A stretch of 63,074 nucleotides of DNA, filler included, from Intoshia linei (Eukaryota > Animalia > Orthonectida): assembly GCA_001642005.1 (NCBI GenBank). It is 5 parts of 5 records of this genome, joined end to end, with 100 filler letters (N's around TTAATTAATTAA, not from the genome) between each part and the next. Parts side by side here need not be neighbours in the genome. Positions count along the whole stretch, not along the records: positions 48,718 to 63,074 come from LWCA01000964.1; 4 more parts are not named here. One strand, written 5' to 3'. The number at the start of each line of letters is the position of its first letter. The stretch's first letter is position 1. Below the pieces are notes generated by a model that saw only the letters and a list, made by a program, of their open reading frames with translations, made no database searches and was not told the DNA's origin. Below, piece by piece: positions 51,893 through 63,074 of the stretch. Both the position numbers and the translations under genes were made by a program.

Positions 51893-54800
51893 ATGTCTCA
51901 ATTTTTACCTAAAATTTCTAGATACATGTAATTTTTATTTCATTTCAGCGCATTTATTCAACTTTGAATTTTTAGACCTTTAACGCAAAGGAGAATTCCT
52001 GCTTATCCATTATATTTAAAAAATGATCCACAACTTAGAGTATTTTTGCCATTGTTTTGGATGAAAATGATTAAACATGAAAATCCTCATCCTAATAATT
52101 ATGCTTTTTTTCATGTTCATTTACAGTATTTTTTGTTTATTTTAATTTTAAATGTAGTATTCTATTTGGTGGGTTTTATTTACATGGGTTACTTTATTTA
52201 TTTATAACTCATAAATTATGAGATTATATTTTATTATCAAATTCAGAAAATGACTAGAAATGTCTAAAATTGTCGTTTCATCAATACATACAATGATCAA
52301 TTTAAAAAGACAAAATTAACTTTATACTAGTGATCAATGATTTGAAGACATCTAAAATTAGACATTTTATTACCGGGATTATAAAGATATCAATTTTGTT
52401 TATTATATGGCCCATTGAAATTAAAAAGTGGCTAATTTTGTCCACCCCATTATCGATAATTTTATTTATTTTATAATTAAAGGAAAATTACAAATTTTCG
52501 TTTTTGTGTTATGTAACTTTTATTTGTTAAAATGTAGAATGACCAAAAATGATGTACGTCAATATCTAGAAAAAATATACAACGTCAAAACTGTCGCAGT
52601 TCGATTCAAAATTATTCGAGGTATATAAAAAATTGTTACTAATTAAAAGTCAATTATGTTTTTTATCCAAATTTTTTTAATTTTTCCTAGTAATTTCGCT
52701 TTAATGGTTCACAACAATTTTTATAATTTAATTCCGGTCCGCTGTGAAAAAAATCTGGGATCCCCTAGGTTAGTACATTTAAATTTGTGATCTTAAATTA
52801 GCAGCTTATATCTTAGAAATGCCGATAATTACGTAAAATAACTTTACACAATTGTGCCTAGACTCTTTTTCTAGGCATTAAGTAATTGTCTGAAAAATAT
52901 TGTAAAACATTACAATAAGTTATTTACATGAACCAGAGTTCAGCGATGTAGATGCAACTTAAGATTGTCATATTTTGTAATGTTCAAGTTTAGGTAAGGA
53001 CGTTGAAAATGGAGGTACAAAATACATGGAGGAGGACAATATCAAAGAAGCAATGATTTTATGCGTAATTTTTGTTTATTCGCTGGAGCCTCTAGTAGCG
53101 CCTTTATAGGAATCCTAAAATTTACAAGACAAGTGTGAGTTTGTCAACATGATTTATATTTTACTGCGTTAGTTCTATATATCACATGGCTTCGAGGGTT
53201 ATTTTAAGGCATGGAAAATATGGGGTGTAGCCCAGGGCCACTCATTAAAAAAGGCCCCCAAATTAATAAAAGTACTTCACACTTATATCTTCAAAAAATG
53301 CCCCAATTTATTAAAAAATACTTCACATTATATATCTTAAGAAACAGTTTATAAGTTTTGAAGTGTGGGAATTCAAATAGCTAGAAAGAATCGAAGTTCT
53401 GGTAAATATTCAATTTAAAATATATTCTACAATGTTCATATAATATTGACATAAAAACTGTTTCAAATGATAATATTAAACATTAAAACCTTTATTGTAT
53501 ATATAGTATTATATTATATTGTATTATACCTTTATTATTATATTTCTATTAAGTGAATATTCAAAAAAGCAAGTAGGAAATCTTTGATTTTCTCTTATTA
53601 ATTTTCAAAAAAGGGGCCCTAAAATTTTTTTATCGCTTCGCTCAAAACTTTAACGGACCTCCAGCCCTTTGCTTAGCCCAGGGACACGAAGTGGCTTAAG
53701 ACGGCTTTGGTTATTGTAGATTTATTATGGGTTTCTACTTAAATCCAACCATTTTTACTAAAAATCAAAATTTACTAACCCTTTATTGAAAATCATGTTT
53801 TACCAACCCTAAAAGGAAAAATGCAGTTAAGGTTTTAACCTTTTAGGGATGGTAAAATGCGATTTTTAGTTTTAGGGTTTGTAAAAGTGGATTAATCCCT
53901 TAAGGCAGTGCTTCTCAAACTTTTTTGAGCATTCACCTCCTGTGACACATATTTTTGTTCTATTCACCCCCAATAAAACAATTATTATGACATGTCATAA
54001 TTGTGTAGGAATAGTATTGTGTATTCCTGGAATATACAATTTGCACTTATAAAATGAACTAAATGAATTAAATTTGAGTACACATGACGTCTTCACATGA
54101 TCACATCATTTTAAATTTTCATTGTTTGTTTTAGGAATCATAAATAATGCATGGTATTTTCAATATTTTTATGAGACTATGTTGTAGATACCACTATCAA
54201 TTAGAAATAAAAATAGAGTAATTGTGATTGCCATAATTTATTTATTCATAAGAATATCAATTAGATGAACAACTTTAAAAAAAATTTGATTTTTAAATTT
54301 GGCTAAACTGAATGTATGAAAAGAGTTAAGTCAATTTTGTACATGAAACATCTTTATTTGGTTTTTTCTTTTGGAATCAGATAGAGAGATTAATATAATA
54401 TTATAATATTAGATAAAAAAATATTTGTAAAAGGGGATTATTTCCTTAAGGGTAGGTAAAATTGAATTTTTGAAAAAAAGACTGGTAAAAAGAGAATTTT
54501 TCCTTAAGGGTTGGTAAAATTTTGGTTTTTTCACATATTTGATTAAATTGAATAAAATATGTTAAAAATTTATCATTCACCTTATGAGAAGCACTGCCTT
54601 AAGGCTTGGTAGAAGTGAGTTCTTGCCCAAAGGGTTGATAAAATTGGAATTTTCACTTAAGAGTTTGTGAAAATGAATTTTTCCTTTTAAGATTGGTAAA
54701 AGTGTATTTTTAGTAAAAATGGTTGGGTTTAAGACCTTTAAGAATATTCTTATTTATTATCAAACATTTATGTACTTTTTGATAATTTGAAATTAGGAAC

Positions 54801-54928
54801 AAGATTTTACATTTCCAAACATATTCCCTAGAAAATTACCTTCTGACAAGCAATATGAAACTATAGAAGAATTTAAAAAACTAAAGCCAGACGAAAATGA
54901 GTCAAAAATATCAAAATGGTTTTGTTGA
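51893..54928 (+). CDS. MRPL23: Mitochondrial ribosomal protein L23
   Basis: YPLYLKNDPQLRVFLPLFWMK; MTKNDVRQYLEKIYNV (52539-52620); exon 52994-53064; last exon 54798-54928 (FTFPNIFP...KWFC*). Confidence 0.9.
53738..54734. mobile_element. Foldback-like element with long imperfect TIRs and ~31-bp subrepeats, in an MRPL23 intron
   Basis: CTTAAATCCAACCATTTTTACTAAAAAT pairs with ATTTTTAGTAAAAATGGTTGGGTTTAAG. AAGGGTTGGTAAAA units are repeated inside. Confidence 0.65.
53906..54596. mobile_element. hAT MITE nested in the foldback-like element, TSD CCTTAAGG
   Basis: CAGTGCTTCTCA / TGAGAAGCACTG TIRs and a perfect 8-bp TSD. Confidence 0.88.
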
Positions 54929-54943
54929 ACATGTTTAAACTAT

Positions 54944-56019
54944 TTAATAAACGTCTTCGTTATTTAAAATAATTGGTTTTGATTTATTCATACAGGAATA
55001 TTGATCATATTTAAATCTTTTTTTTCTATTTCTATATTCATAAACAATGCACGTTAGAGTACTAATCACAATGATAGAACCAGTGAATATAGCTAGAGCA
55101 ATTAAAATCAAATTTTTTCCAATAAATGCCGTTTTATTAATTTCAGTTTTAGTATTAATCATGGGGTTTATAAAATTGGGATGACTAGTTGTGTTATATT
55201 TAACTTCTTCCATTTTTTCACTGGTGTCGACATTGTCACAAGTCGGATCGATTGTTAAAATTTTGTTTACTATCAGTTGATCATGAATGTTTTTTATTGA
55301 TTTTATTTCATTTTTTATATTAATTAAAACAGTTTCTTCACAAATATCGTATTTGGATAAGCAAATGCAGATTTTTGTGTAAACTTTTTTAGAATTATAA
55401 TTATAATCAAATTGGTCAATTGAAATTGTTTGAATTGCCATCGATTTAGTCTCTACCAGATGAATGGAATTGTAAATTACATTTCCAATTGTATCAATAA
55501 TATTCCATAAAATGATATTTTTTTCAACGTCAATTTCGTTTTCATGTTCCAATTCAATACAGATTAAACACGGTTCAGTTGGTTGGCTAATATAGACTAG
55601 TAAATTAAAATATCCATACATGATTGTATTGTTGAAAATGGTGTAATTTATTTGGATTGGCAAGTTTTCTAGAGTTTTGTTTGATACACCCAGATATCCG
55701 TATACTATAGATGTGTTGAACGTGTCAAATTTTATCCAATTTGGGAAATTATTTTCTTCTACATATAATGGATTTCTCATTTTCAATATTGCACTTTCTG
55801 GAATTTTGATATCTTCATCATTTACTATGTAAGACTCAAAAAAACGATCATTTGTCAAATCCAACGTCAATGTTGTAATAGGAAAAAGTGGTTCATTTGT
55901 ATTGTTTTGACTTTTTAAATACATTAGGTACATCTAAATTTAAATTAGTTTACTTTATATTTTTTAAAATTTATAAAAATTACCAAAATATTTATAAATA
56001 TCTTTAAATTTCCTTTCAT
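54944..56019 (-). CDS. Small dystroglycan-like type I membrane protein (~341 aa)
   Basis: Exons 56019-55984 and 55933-54944 give a hydrophobic N-terminus, a CADG-like PNWIKFD...VYG, a TM helix, then YRNRKKR...KSKPIILNNE, similar to the dystroglycan tail (YRKKRK...KGVPIIFADE). Confidence 0.6.
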
Positions 56020-56437
56020 TTGTTCAAAAATTACAAATTAAACAAACTTGCATGTCTGGATTTATGTAATTTGATACACAGTTAAAGTTAATGATTAGAA
56101 AAATTTAAATCCATTAAAATTTAATTACATATTACATTGTAGTTGTATTTTTGGAATTAATTACCAATTTTGAAAACATTCTATTTTGATAAAAAGATAA
56201 AATAAGAATTGCCCATTATTTTACAGGTAATATTGGCTGGTAACTATAAAAACAATTTTACAGTATGGCGCAAATGTTTTAATTTTTATTGCAGGCAATT
56301 TATTTAATTGTATTGCGTTCACGTTGTTGTCAACTTTTGATTGGTTAATTTTGGGCGCATTTCAATCGAAATTTTAAACAGGCAATATTTATTGATATTA
56401 TTTTACGATTAAAAAATTTAAAATTTATTTTTAAAAA

Positions 56438-57283
56438 ATGAAATTTTGTTCAAAATATTTACACCAGTTAATTGAAGTGTCATTGAAAACACTATCTAAA
56501 TCTGAATATTTGCAAACTATAATTCACGCTAATGATGAAAAGATTTTGAATGAAAAGTATAATTATAAATTTTTTGAAATTTTAAGCATTTTAAAAAAAT
56601 GCGAAATTTACAATAATATTGACATGTATGGAAAAATTCAATATTATAATATTGCATTCATGTCTTCAATAATTTTTGATTTGTACATTGAAAGATTCTG
56701 TGAAATTACTGAAAAAGATGAAAATGAATCAAAATCATTTGAATCTAATAAAATTTTGGATGGCACGAAAAATATTACACTTAAAATGTATATTCATTGT
56801 ATAGCGATAATTTCCCTGTCTGTAAAATTTTACAAACCTGAATATGAAGAAAAATTTATGAAACAATTAATGGAAATGGTAAATTTTCAACAACATATAA
56901 ATTTAAATCATTTACAATATCAAATTTATAAAATTATAGAATACAAATTACCAATTAACAATATTTGGTCCATATCAATATTCTTGAATGACGTAATTTG
57001 TAAAATTTTTAAATTGGAAATAACTGAAAAAATTATTAAAAATACTTTAAATTTATGCAAATTGTTTCACTTGAATGTGGTTGATGAATCAATTTTTAAT
57101 GTTTTGGACGAAAAAATTAGATACAAAATTGGTCTAATTAATTACATTTCCATCAATTCTAGACCTGATCGATTGATTAATCCACCAAAATCAAAAAATT
57201 TGTTTATCAAAATTATACAATTATTGTCAATTGATGCCGACAATTTTTCTAATGTAATTAATATTTTTTCAAATTTATATTAA
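56438..57283 (+). CDS. Divergent cyclin-box protein, CNTD1/COSA-1-like
   Basis: Intronless 281-aa ORF. IFDLYIERF...CIAIISLSVKF...QYQIYKIIEYKLP follows the cyclin N-box pattern. Confidence 0.55.
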   Translation: MKFCSKYLHQLIEVSLKTLSKSEYLQTIIHANDEKILNEKYNYKFFEILSILKKCEIYNNIDMYGKIQYYNIAFMSSIIFDLYIERFCEITEKDENESKSFESNKILDGTKNITLKMYIHCIAIISLSVKFYKPEYEEKFMKQLMEMVNFQQHINLNHLQYQIYKIIEYKLPINNIWSISIFLNDVICKIFKLEITEKIIKNTLNLCKLFHLNVVDESIFNVLDEKIRYKIGLINYISINSRPDRLINPPKSKNLFIKIIQLLSIDADNFSNVINIFSNLY

Positions 57284-57819
57284 ATTTTTTTATTACTACG
57301 TAAATTGTACAATTTTTGATTTTGATTATGATTTTCTTTGGAAATTTTTTTGGATAGGGTTTTTTGATTAGAATAAAAACCTAAATTTTTATTTTCATTT
57401 ACAATTAAAACAATTTTACTAGTTATTTTAGATTTGTTTGATGTAGAATGTTTTTTGTGTGAATTTGTAATATCCTTAAAGGGTACTTTTTTTGGTCGTA
57501 AATTGTAATGAAATTTTGATTTTACATATTTTAATTTTTCCTTTTTATCATTTTTTGAAATTTTTGTAAGATTGTCACTTTTATATTTAAAAATTTCATC
57601 AGATTCTATATCGGGATTATAATTTGGATGATAAAATGAAGGTGAATTGTCTGTTTGGTTCCACAAAAACTTGCCTTCAATAGGTTTTTCATTGTTGAAA
57701 TCAAAATTCCAATATTCTGAGGAGCTCTTCACATCAACATCTTCTGTGTCTGGCATATTTGATGATTCAGCTTTATGAAAATATTGTGTTATTTTTGATT
57801 TTTTGTTTCTTGACTTCAT
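57280..57819 (-). CDS. Orphan basic, low-complexity protein (179 aa)
   Basis: A 540-bp open frame in very AT-rich DNA, with PFKDITN and two YNLR motifs. No family recognised. Confidence 0.6.
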   Translation of the reverse strand: MKSRNKKSKITQYFHKAESSNMPDTEDVDVKSSSEYWNFDFNNEKPIEGKFLWNQTDNSPSFYHPNYNPDIESDEIFKYKSDNLTKISKNDKKEKLKYVKSKFHYNLRPKKVPFKDITNSHKKHSTSNKSKITSKIVLIVNENKNLGFYSNQKTLSKKISKENHNQNQKLYNLRSNKKI

Positions 57820-58172
57820 AGATCCAAGGAAATATATAACATTTTATAAACAGGTGTCTTTGCAGATGGATTGTATATTTATCGAATTTTTCTTGTTTAT
57901 TCAAAATTTAAAATTTTATCAATGGACAATGTCTAATTAATAAATTTAAAGGTAGCCTTTGATTACGCGATAATATCATAATCACTATGACGTACTATTA
58001 ATAATTACGCATTTATCATACTTTTGCATACATACTAAAAGCATTTGATTGGATCATTTGTTAGACTGATTGATAAATATATTGTGAGTGTGAATACATT
58101 TTTATTTGAGAATTTTATTTACAAGATTACAATATATTTCATACAAATTTCAAATTTTGTTTATATCTGAGA

Positions 58173-61100
58173 TTATAGTGTAATATTTTCAAATTTTTCT
58201 TGAATAGTTAAATATTTTGATTCCCAAATGGTTTCATTATGACGTAACCAATACCAAATGTTTTTTAAAATTCCTTCATCAAATGGATCGTCAATTTTTT
58301 TTAAGTAATCAATTCGGTAATCATTCATATATTCTCGCATTGTACAATTTGTACAAATTAGGTACGTTTGTATACATATTAATACAAACACAGTGATTGT
58401 AGTAAAGATGAAGAATATAAATGATACAATAAGCAAGGCTATTTCAAAGTACACAAAGTAGTTTAGTTTTTTTTCATCTGCCCAATTTGTTGATATAAGA
58501 TTAGGCCTAAATTTTTGTGTAAATATAAGTAAATTGTATATTAGTTACCAAATATAGAAGGGAGCACAGGAGCTAACGATAAAATGAATTAACAGAAATA
58601 AAAAAAAATTTTTTTGGTTATTTTCTCCTACGCATTTACCAGTGATTAAGCAATGATGGTCGTATTTTCTTACACAGTATCCGCATTTATAACAGTGCTT
58701 GGTACGCATAGGTTGCTAAAACATAATATGTTAATTAAACATAATTATAAATGTCAATATTGGATAACCATAGATATTCAAATTCATTGACAAAAAGGCT
58801 TTAAAATATAATGTATTTCGAGCAATTCGAAAATATTTTAATATTTTTAAAAGCTTTGTACCTTAAAATTATTTCTATAAAAATCAAAAGCAAGATAAGA
58901 GTTTTTAATTCCTTTCAAAAACGTTATTACTAAATTTTTTTAAAGTTATTGAAGATATTCCTACCCTCTATAGCAGCGGCCACCAAACTACGACTCGCGG
59001 GCCAAATCCGGTACGAAATTAAAGTTTATCCGGCCCACGAATTACAAATCTATTACAAAATACACCGATGATATTATACAAATTATCATATATCATCGAC
59101 TTAAATTTTAAATATATACTATCGACTTGTCATTTCTAGATCATGAGAAACTTATTAATTCATTAACTTAAACTTTAAACGTAATTTGAAATACCATCAT
59201 GTATATTTTCTATCTGACCCGTGGATTTTTTTAGTTATTCCTGCCCCCATGTGAAAAAGTTTGGTGTCCACTGGTCCATAATATGCAGTAATTATTAATT
59301 AACAGCGATTCTTAACCTGTGCACCGCGGCGCACTTGTGCGTCATGAATAGAGTTCAGGTGCACCGCAAAGAAATCTGACTTTATTTTTATAAATCTTAA
59401 AATTATTATTAAAATTGAAAAACTTTTACATTGACAATTCTTTGATGAACATTTTGATATTTACTACATACATATTTATATTAAATACTATGGTGAATAC
59501 CAAAAATTCATCACACATCAAATGCTTTTTACCAGGGGTGTCAATTATGGTCATCATTAATTCCCAATTATGGAATGTGCGGCCCGCGTTATAATATAAA
59601 TTTTATTTTTTATAATTTTTTACACATACTTCTTATTTTACAGTTTTTTCATATATTTTGCATGATTTATTTATTCATTGTCACAATTTTAACATTATTT
59701 GTACACTTACTCCATTTTTATTGATTCATATTTCATTTTTTTAAATTAAAATTATTATAAATTAATTAAATCTGTTAGTTTTAACATAATTTTTTCAGTA
59801 AAGATTTTTTTTTGTGCAGCCCGCGTAATAATTTTTTTCACATTTGGCCCGCCCAGCAAATTGAGTCTAACACCCCTATTCTTTACTAAATGTAAGTCGC
59901 CAAATAAAAAGTATTTTTGTATTACACTTAATGTACAATAAATTATTAAATGTTAATAAAAATTATAATTTTATATTTTCATCGTTTTTAATCTTTGCAG
60001 ATTTTCGAATATGGATGTTTTTTCTTATCAAAATTTAAGGTGTCACGAAGTATCAGCAGTTTAAGCTCTGCTAAATTGCAAAATAAGGGAAACACCTATG
60101 AACTAGTGCCTACGCCTTACCAAACTTGGTAATCCGTCCTTGGAAGCCAAAATAATTGAATTTAAGATTTATATGATGATAAGGAATCGATTTTTATATT
60201 TGTGAGAATACTCAAAGAAATCTGTTTCGACATTGAGTGCATAGTGACCAAAAAAGATATATTTTTGAGCACCACTGAAAACATTTATCTATTAGATTGC
60301 AATGGTTATGCCAGAAATAACCAGGTACCGGAAGAAATCGTTAATTTGATAATTGAAAATATATAAATATTTAATTTTGTCATTTAAAAATACCAATATA
60401 TTGCACAATTTACATTTTTTAACATCCAAATTGATCTTCATGTATATCTTTGACATTTTCGATGTGTCCAACCAATTATCCTATAATTATACTAATAACT
60501 ATAATTCATAAACTAATTTTTATTTATAATGATATATTGTGATGGGTTAATTATTTCTACATTGTGTATGGTGGAGTGATACTTTTGTATATTATTAAAA
60601 AATAAGCATTTGAAAAAAAGTCGAGTTCTAAGTCTCCACGACCCTGCACCAAATGGATTAGAACTACGTATTATTAATACAACCAGCCAGAGCTGAAACC
60701 CACTATTGTCGAGTCATCGAGGCCCTAAAAATTTTCGTAGACGATGCGTAATGACATATAGACCAAAGTATAGGTCAGTGGTGGCCAAATTTTTACATAC
60801 ATTGTACCATGCGCCACATTTTTATCTCATTCGATCTCAGATGCGCCAAACATTTTTGTGAAACTCGGGCTATTATAGAATGTATATGTACATAAATTAC
60901 ATTTTTGAATTTGTATTTGAATTTTAAAATAATTTTTATTTTTTTACAATGTAAAGATATACTGTGTAGTATTCCTTAATTAATGAAACTTTTAAGATTG
61001 TTTTAATCTTCACTTTTCCAATATTTAGATGTAAATGCGTCACTGCCAGGATAATAATATTCTTCAAGAAATATCATAAATCATTAATTAATTAAGTGAA

Positions 61101-61637
61101 TAAACTTTATTCAAATTCCGGTAAATCAATGATTAAGATTATCTTGTAAAATTAAGATTATAAGTTGAACGGATTTTCCAGTAGATTCAAAAAGTGTTTA
61201 GGTTATTTATCCACCACCACGTATTGAAAGAAAATGAACCTTACTTACAATTTAAATTTATGAAAATTATCAATGCGCCATAGGTTGGCCACCCTGATCT
61301 AGGCACTCAATATTAAATTATTTCAAAATTGTCATCCTCTATGCAAGACTCCCACAGGAGGGCGATGTTGATCGACACTACCACTGACACTACACGGCTC
61401 TGCACTTTGCAGGGCGTTTATCTTAAATTAGTGTTATTTAGTTTGATAAATTATAACAGCACACCGACGTATAATCCAGAATTATCTGAACATTAAAATT
61501 TAAATTAAAATAAACCTCTAATTTTCCAGGGTTAGATCTGAGAAAAGTAATGTAACTAATAATCATAATTAAAATTACAAGTAAATAATATCCTGATTTG
61601 TACAAAATGACACGATCATTATATTGTTTTTTTAATT
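58173..61637 (-). CDS. ZDHHC12: DHHC palmitoyltransferase; first exon not found in the window
   Basis: Exons 61637-61516 (TM, SNPG), 60480-60394 (KKCKLCNIL), ~58716-58549 (QPMRTKHCYKCGYCVRKYDHHC...CVGENN) and ~58506-58173 (RIDYLK...PFDEGILKNI). The C-terminal pattern fits ZDHHC12. Confidence 0.85.
58974..59273. mobile_element. hAT MITE in a ZDHHC12 intron
   Basis: CAGCGGCCACCAAACT / AGTTTGGTGTCCACTG TIRs and GGCCC subterminal motifs. Confidence 0.7.
59533..59878. mobile_element. hAT MITE, apparently nested in an older element starting at ~59303
   Basis: CAGGGGTGTC ... AACACCCCTA ends, GCGGCCCGC motifs, and similar flanks CTTTTTAC/TTCTTTAC. Confidence 0.65.
60776..61296. mobile_element. hAT MITE in a ZDHHC12 intron
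   Basis: CAGTGGTGGCCAA / TTGGCCACCCTG TIRs and ATGCGCCA subterminal repeats. Confidence 0.7.
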
Positions 61638-62880
61638 CTAAATATTTACTTTATAGGTGTTTTCTATATCTATTAACTATGGTTGGGAATTTATCGATCA
61701 AGAAAGTAAATAACCAATACGCTAAATTCATTGAGAAAATAGATAAATCTATTTTAGTGTTCTGTAGGGGTGTCCAAAATTCGATCATGAAAAAATTTCA
61801 TAGATTCAAGTTTATATACACATTTCATTCTGAACTCGCACAAGTCATATAGGCACCAGATGATTCGCAAATGGGGCTCCATTTATGAGGATCGTAAAAA
61901 TGTATAATGTTTAATTATTTTTTAATCCATATAAAACGGCGGTTTCCAAATTTTTAGACAAAGTTTACCAATCCGAACCAATATTAAAAAATCTACTCGC
62001 AGAACACTACAATAAAATTTTTCTATACTTTCATATCTTAGTATCACCGAAAAACAAAAAGATACAAAATACAACATATTTCAATAAAAAAACGTCATGA
62101 TTTTTTATTAATTTTTAAACTATATTATGTGTATTATGAGCTATGTTCATTGAACTTATTTTCAAGTATTTAATATTGATATTAATCTTTTCTGTATCAT
62201 CAATTTTTATAATACATGGTTTCTGGTATATTTTCAGTGCTTACAAATAATGTTCTTATAAATCCGTTTACTGAATTACAAATTAAATTATAACGTTTAA
62301 CGAAAACACGTATTTAAGATGCATATTTCATATAACTAATAAAGTGTGAAAATAATGCCTGTTCACTTCAACCCTACGAAAGAATTATAAATAAAAAATT
62401 ATCTCGAGGAAAATTTAAAAATGCTTAACGGACACCTATATACAACGAAACTCAGTTTATGAACGACTGATTAGATATTAATCACAGTTTTAAGATTTAT
62501 ACAATTATATATTTTTAGACTAGCTTGGCTGGTTCGTACTTTGTACAAACAGCACCTAGCTCTGCCAAGGGCGCATATATCTAATTTTAGCATTAAAAAT
62601 TAAATCTATTATGGTTCAAATCACTTTTACGAACCCATTAAAGTAAGGCTACAAAAATGTATTACCGTAGATCATAACTTCATATAATTCTACTGAAAAT
62701 TTTCCTAGATGTATATCAGAATGAATACATTATGACGATTAATCAGGATTACCAACTGCGTTATTTTCCCCCTGAGAATTAGAGTTTTCAAATTCAACTT
62801 AGAGCTCAGGGTTAAGTGATATTTCATAGGGTAATTTAATTATTTCAATAAAAATCATCAGATCAGACATATTTTATTTA

Positions 62881-63074
62881 TCATAACTTATATAAAATGC
62901 GACGCGATTTTTGTTTGTGTGTGTGTCCTACTTTATTGAAATAACTAGTGTAAACTATGAAGTTGGAAAATTTAAAAAAATATATACGCTGATGCGGATT
63001 TTACAATCATAAACATCACGATTTTAGTCGAAATATTTGAAAAATATTGGTTGATAATATATTAAAAATTATTT
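62881..63074 (+). mobile_element. Helitron 5' end, internally deleted
   Basis: A|TCATAACTTATATAA followed by TTTGTTTGTGTGTGTG, as in the other copies. Confidence 0.6.

Noticed and set aside
56260-56370. E2F/CCAAT-like motifs (GGCGC, ATTGG) upstream of the cyclin-like ORF
   Set aside because: The matches are short and imperfect and cannot be distinguished from chance.

Overview
This is very AT-rich eukaryotic (animal) genomic DNA from a draft scaffold, not prokaryotic. It has four 100-nt N gaps carrying a TTAATTAATTAA linker, and several single-n overlap duplications. Genes are split by many tiny GT-AG introns (34-41 nt) plus a few kb-sized introns filled with transposons. This architecture resembles a reduced parasitic lophotrochozoan genome such as the orthonectid Intoshia (inference only). 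I assembled about 15 genes by hand from the exons: an EGF/sushi protein, an ACAD9/ACADVL-type acyl-CoA dehydrogenase (3' part), TBC1D5, a putatively myristoylated calmodulin-like protein with a long tail, aspartyl aminopeptidase DNPEP, a C-type-lectin/WSC membrane protein, ATP synthase subunit f, an ADAR2-like deaminase, the minor-spliceosome 65K protein RNPC3, ALG13, MRPL23, a mini dystroglycan-like protein, a CNTD1-like cyclin-box protein, an orphan basic ORF and ZDHHC12. Mobile DNA is abundant: hAT MITEs with 8-bp TSDs, a non-autonomous Helitron family, and piggyBac, mariner and hAT/hATm transposase relics. The most unusual signals are: (i) a calmodulin-like gene whose original fourth EF-hand has decayed and is replaced by a distant exon adding a long tail; (ii) the ADAR 3' region, which holds a ~290-bp inverted repeat around a foreign-looking decayed ORF, while the conserved ADAR C-terminus is not visible; (iii) a WSC domain inserted inside a C-type lectin domain; (iv) an unexplained GC-rich structured island between ADAR and RNPC3.
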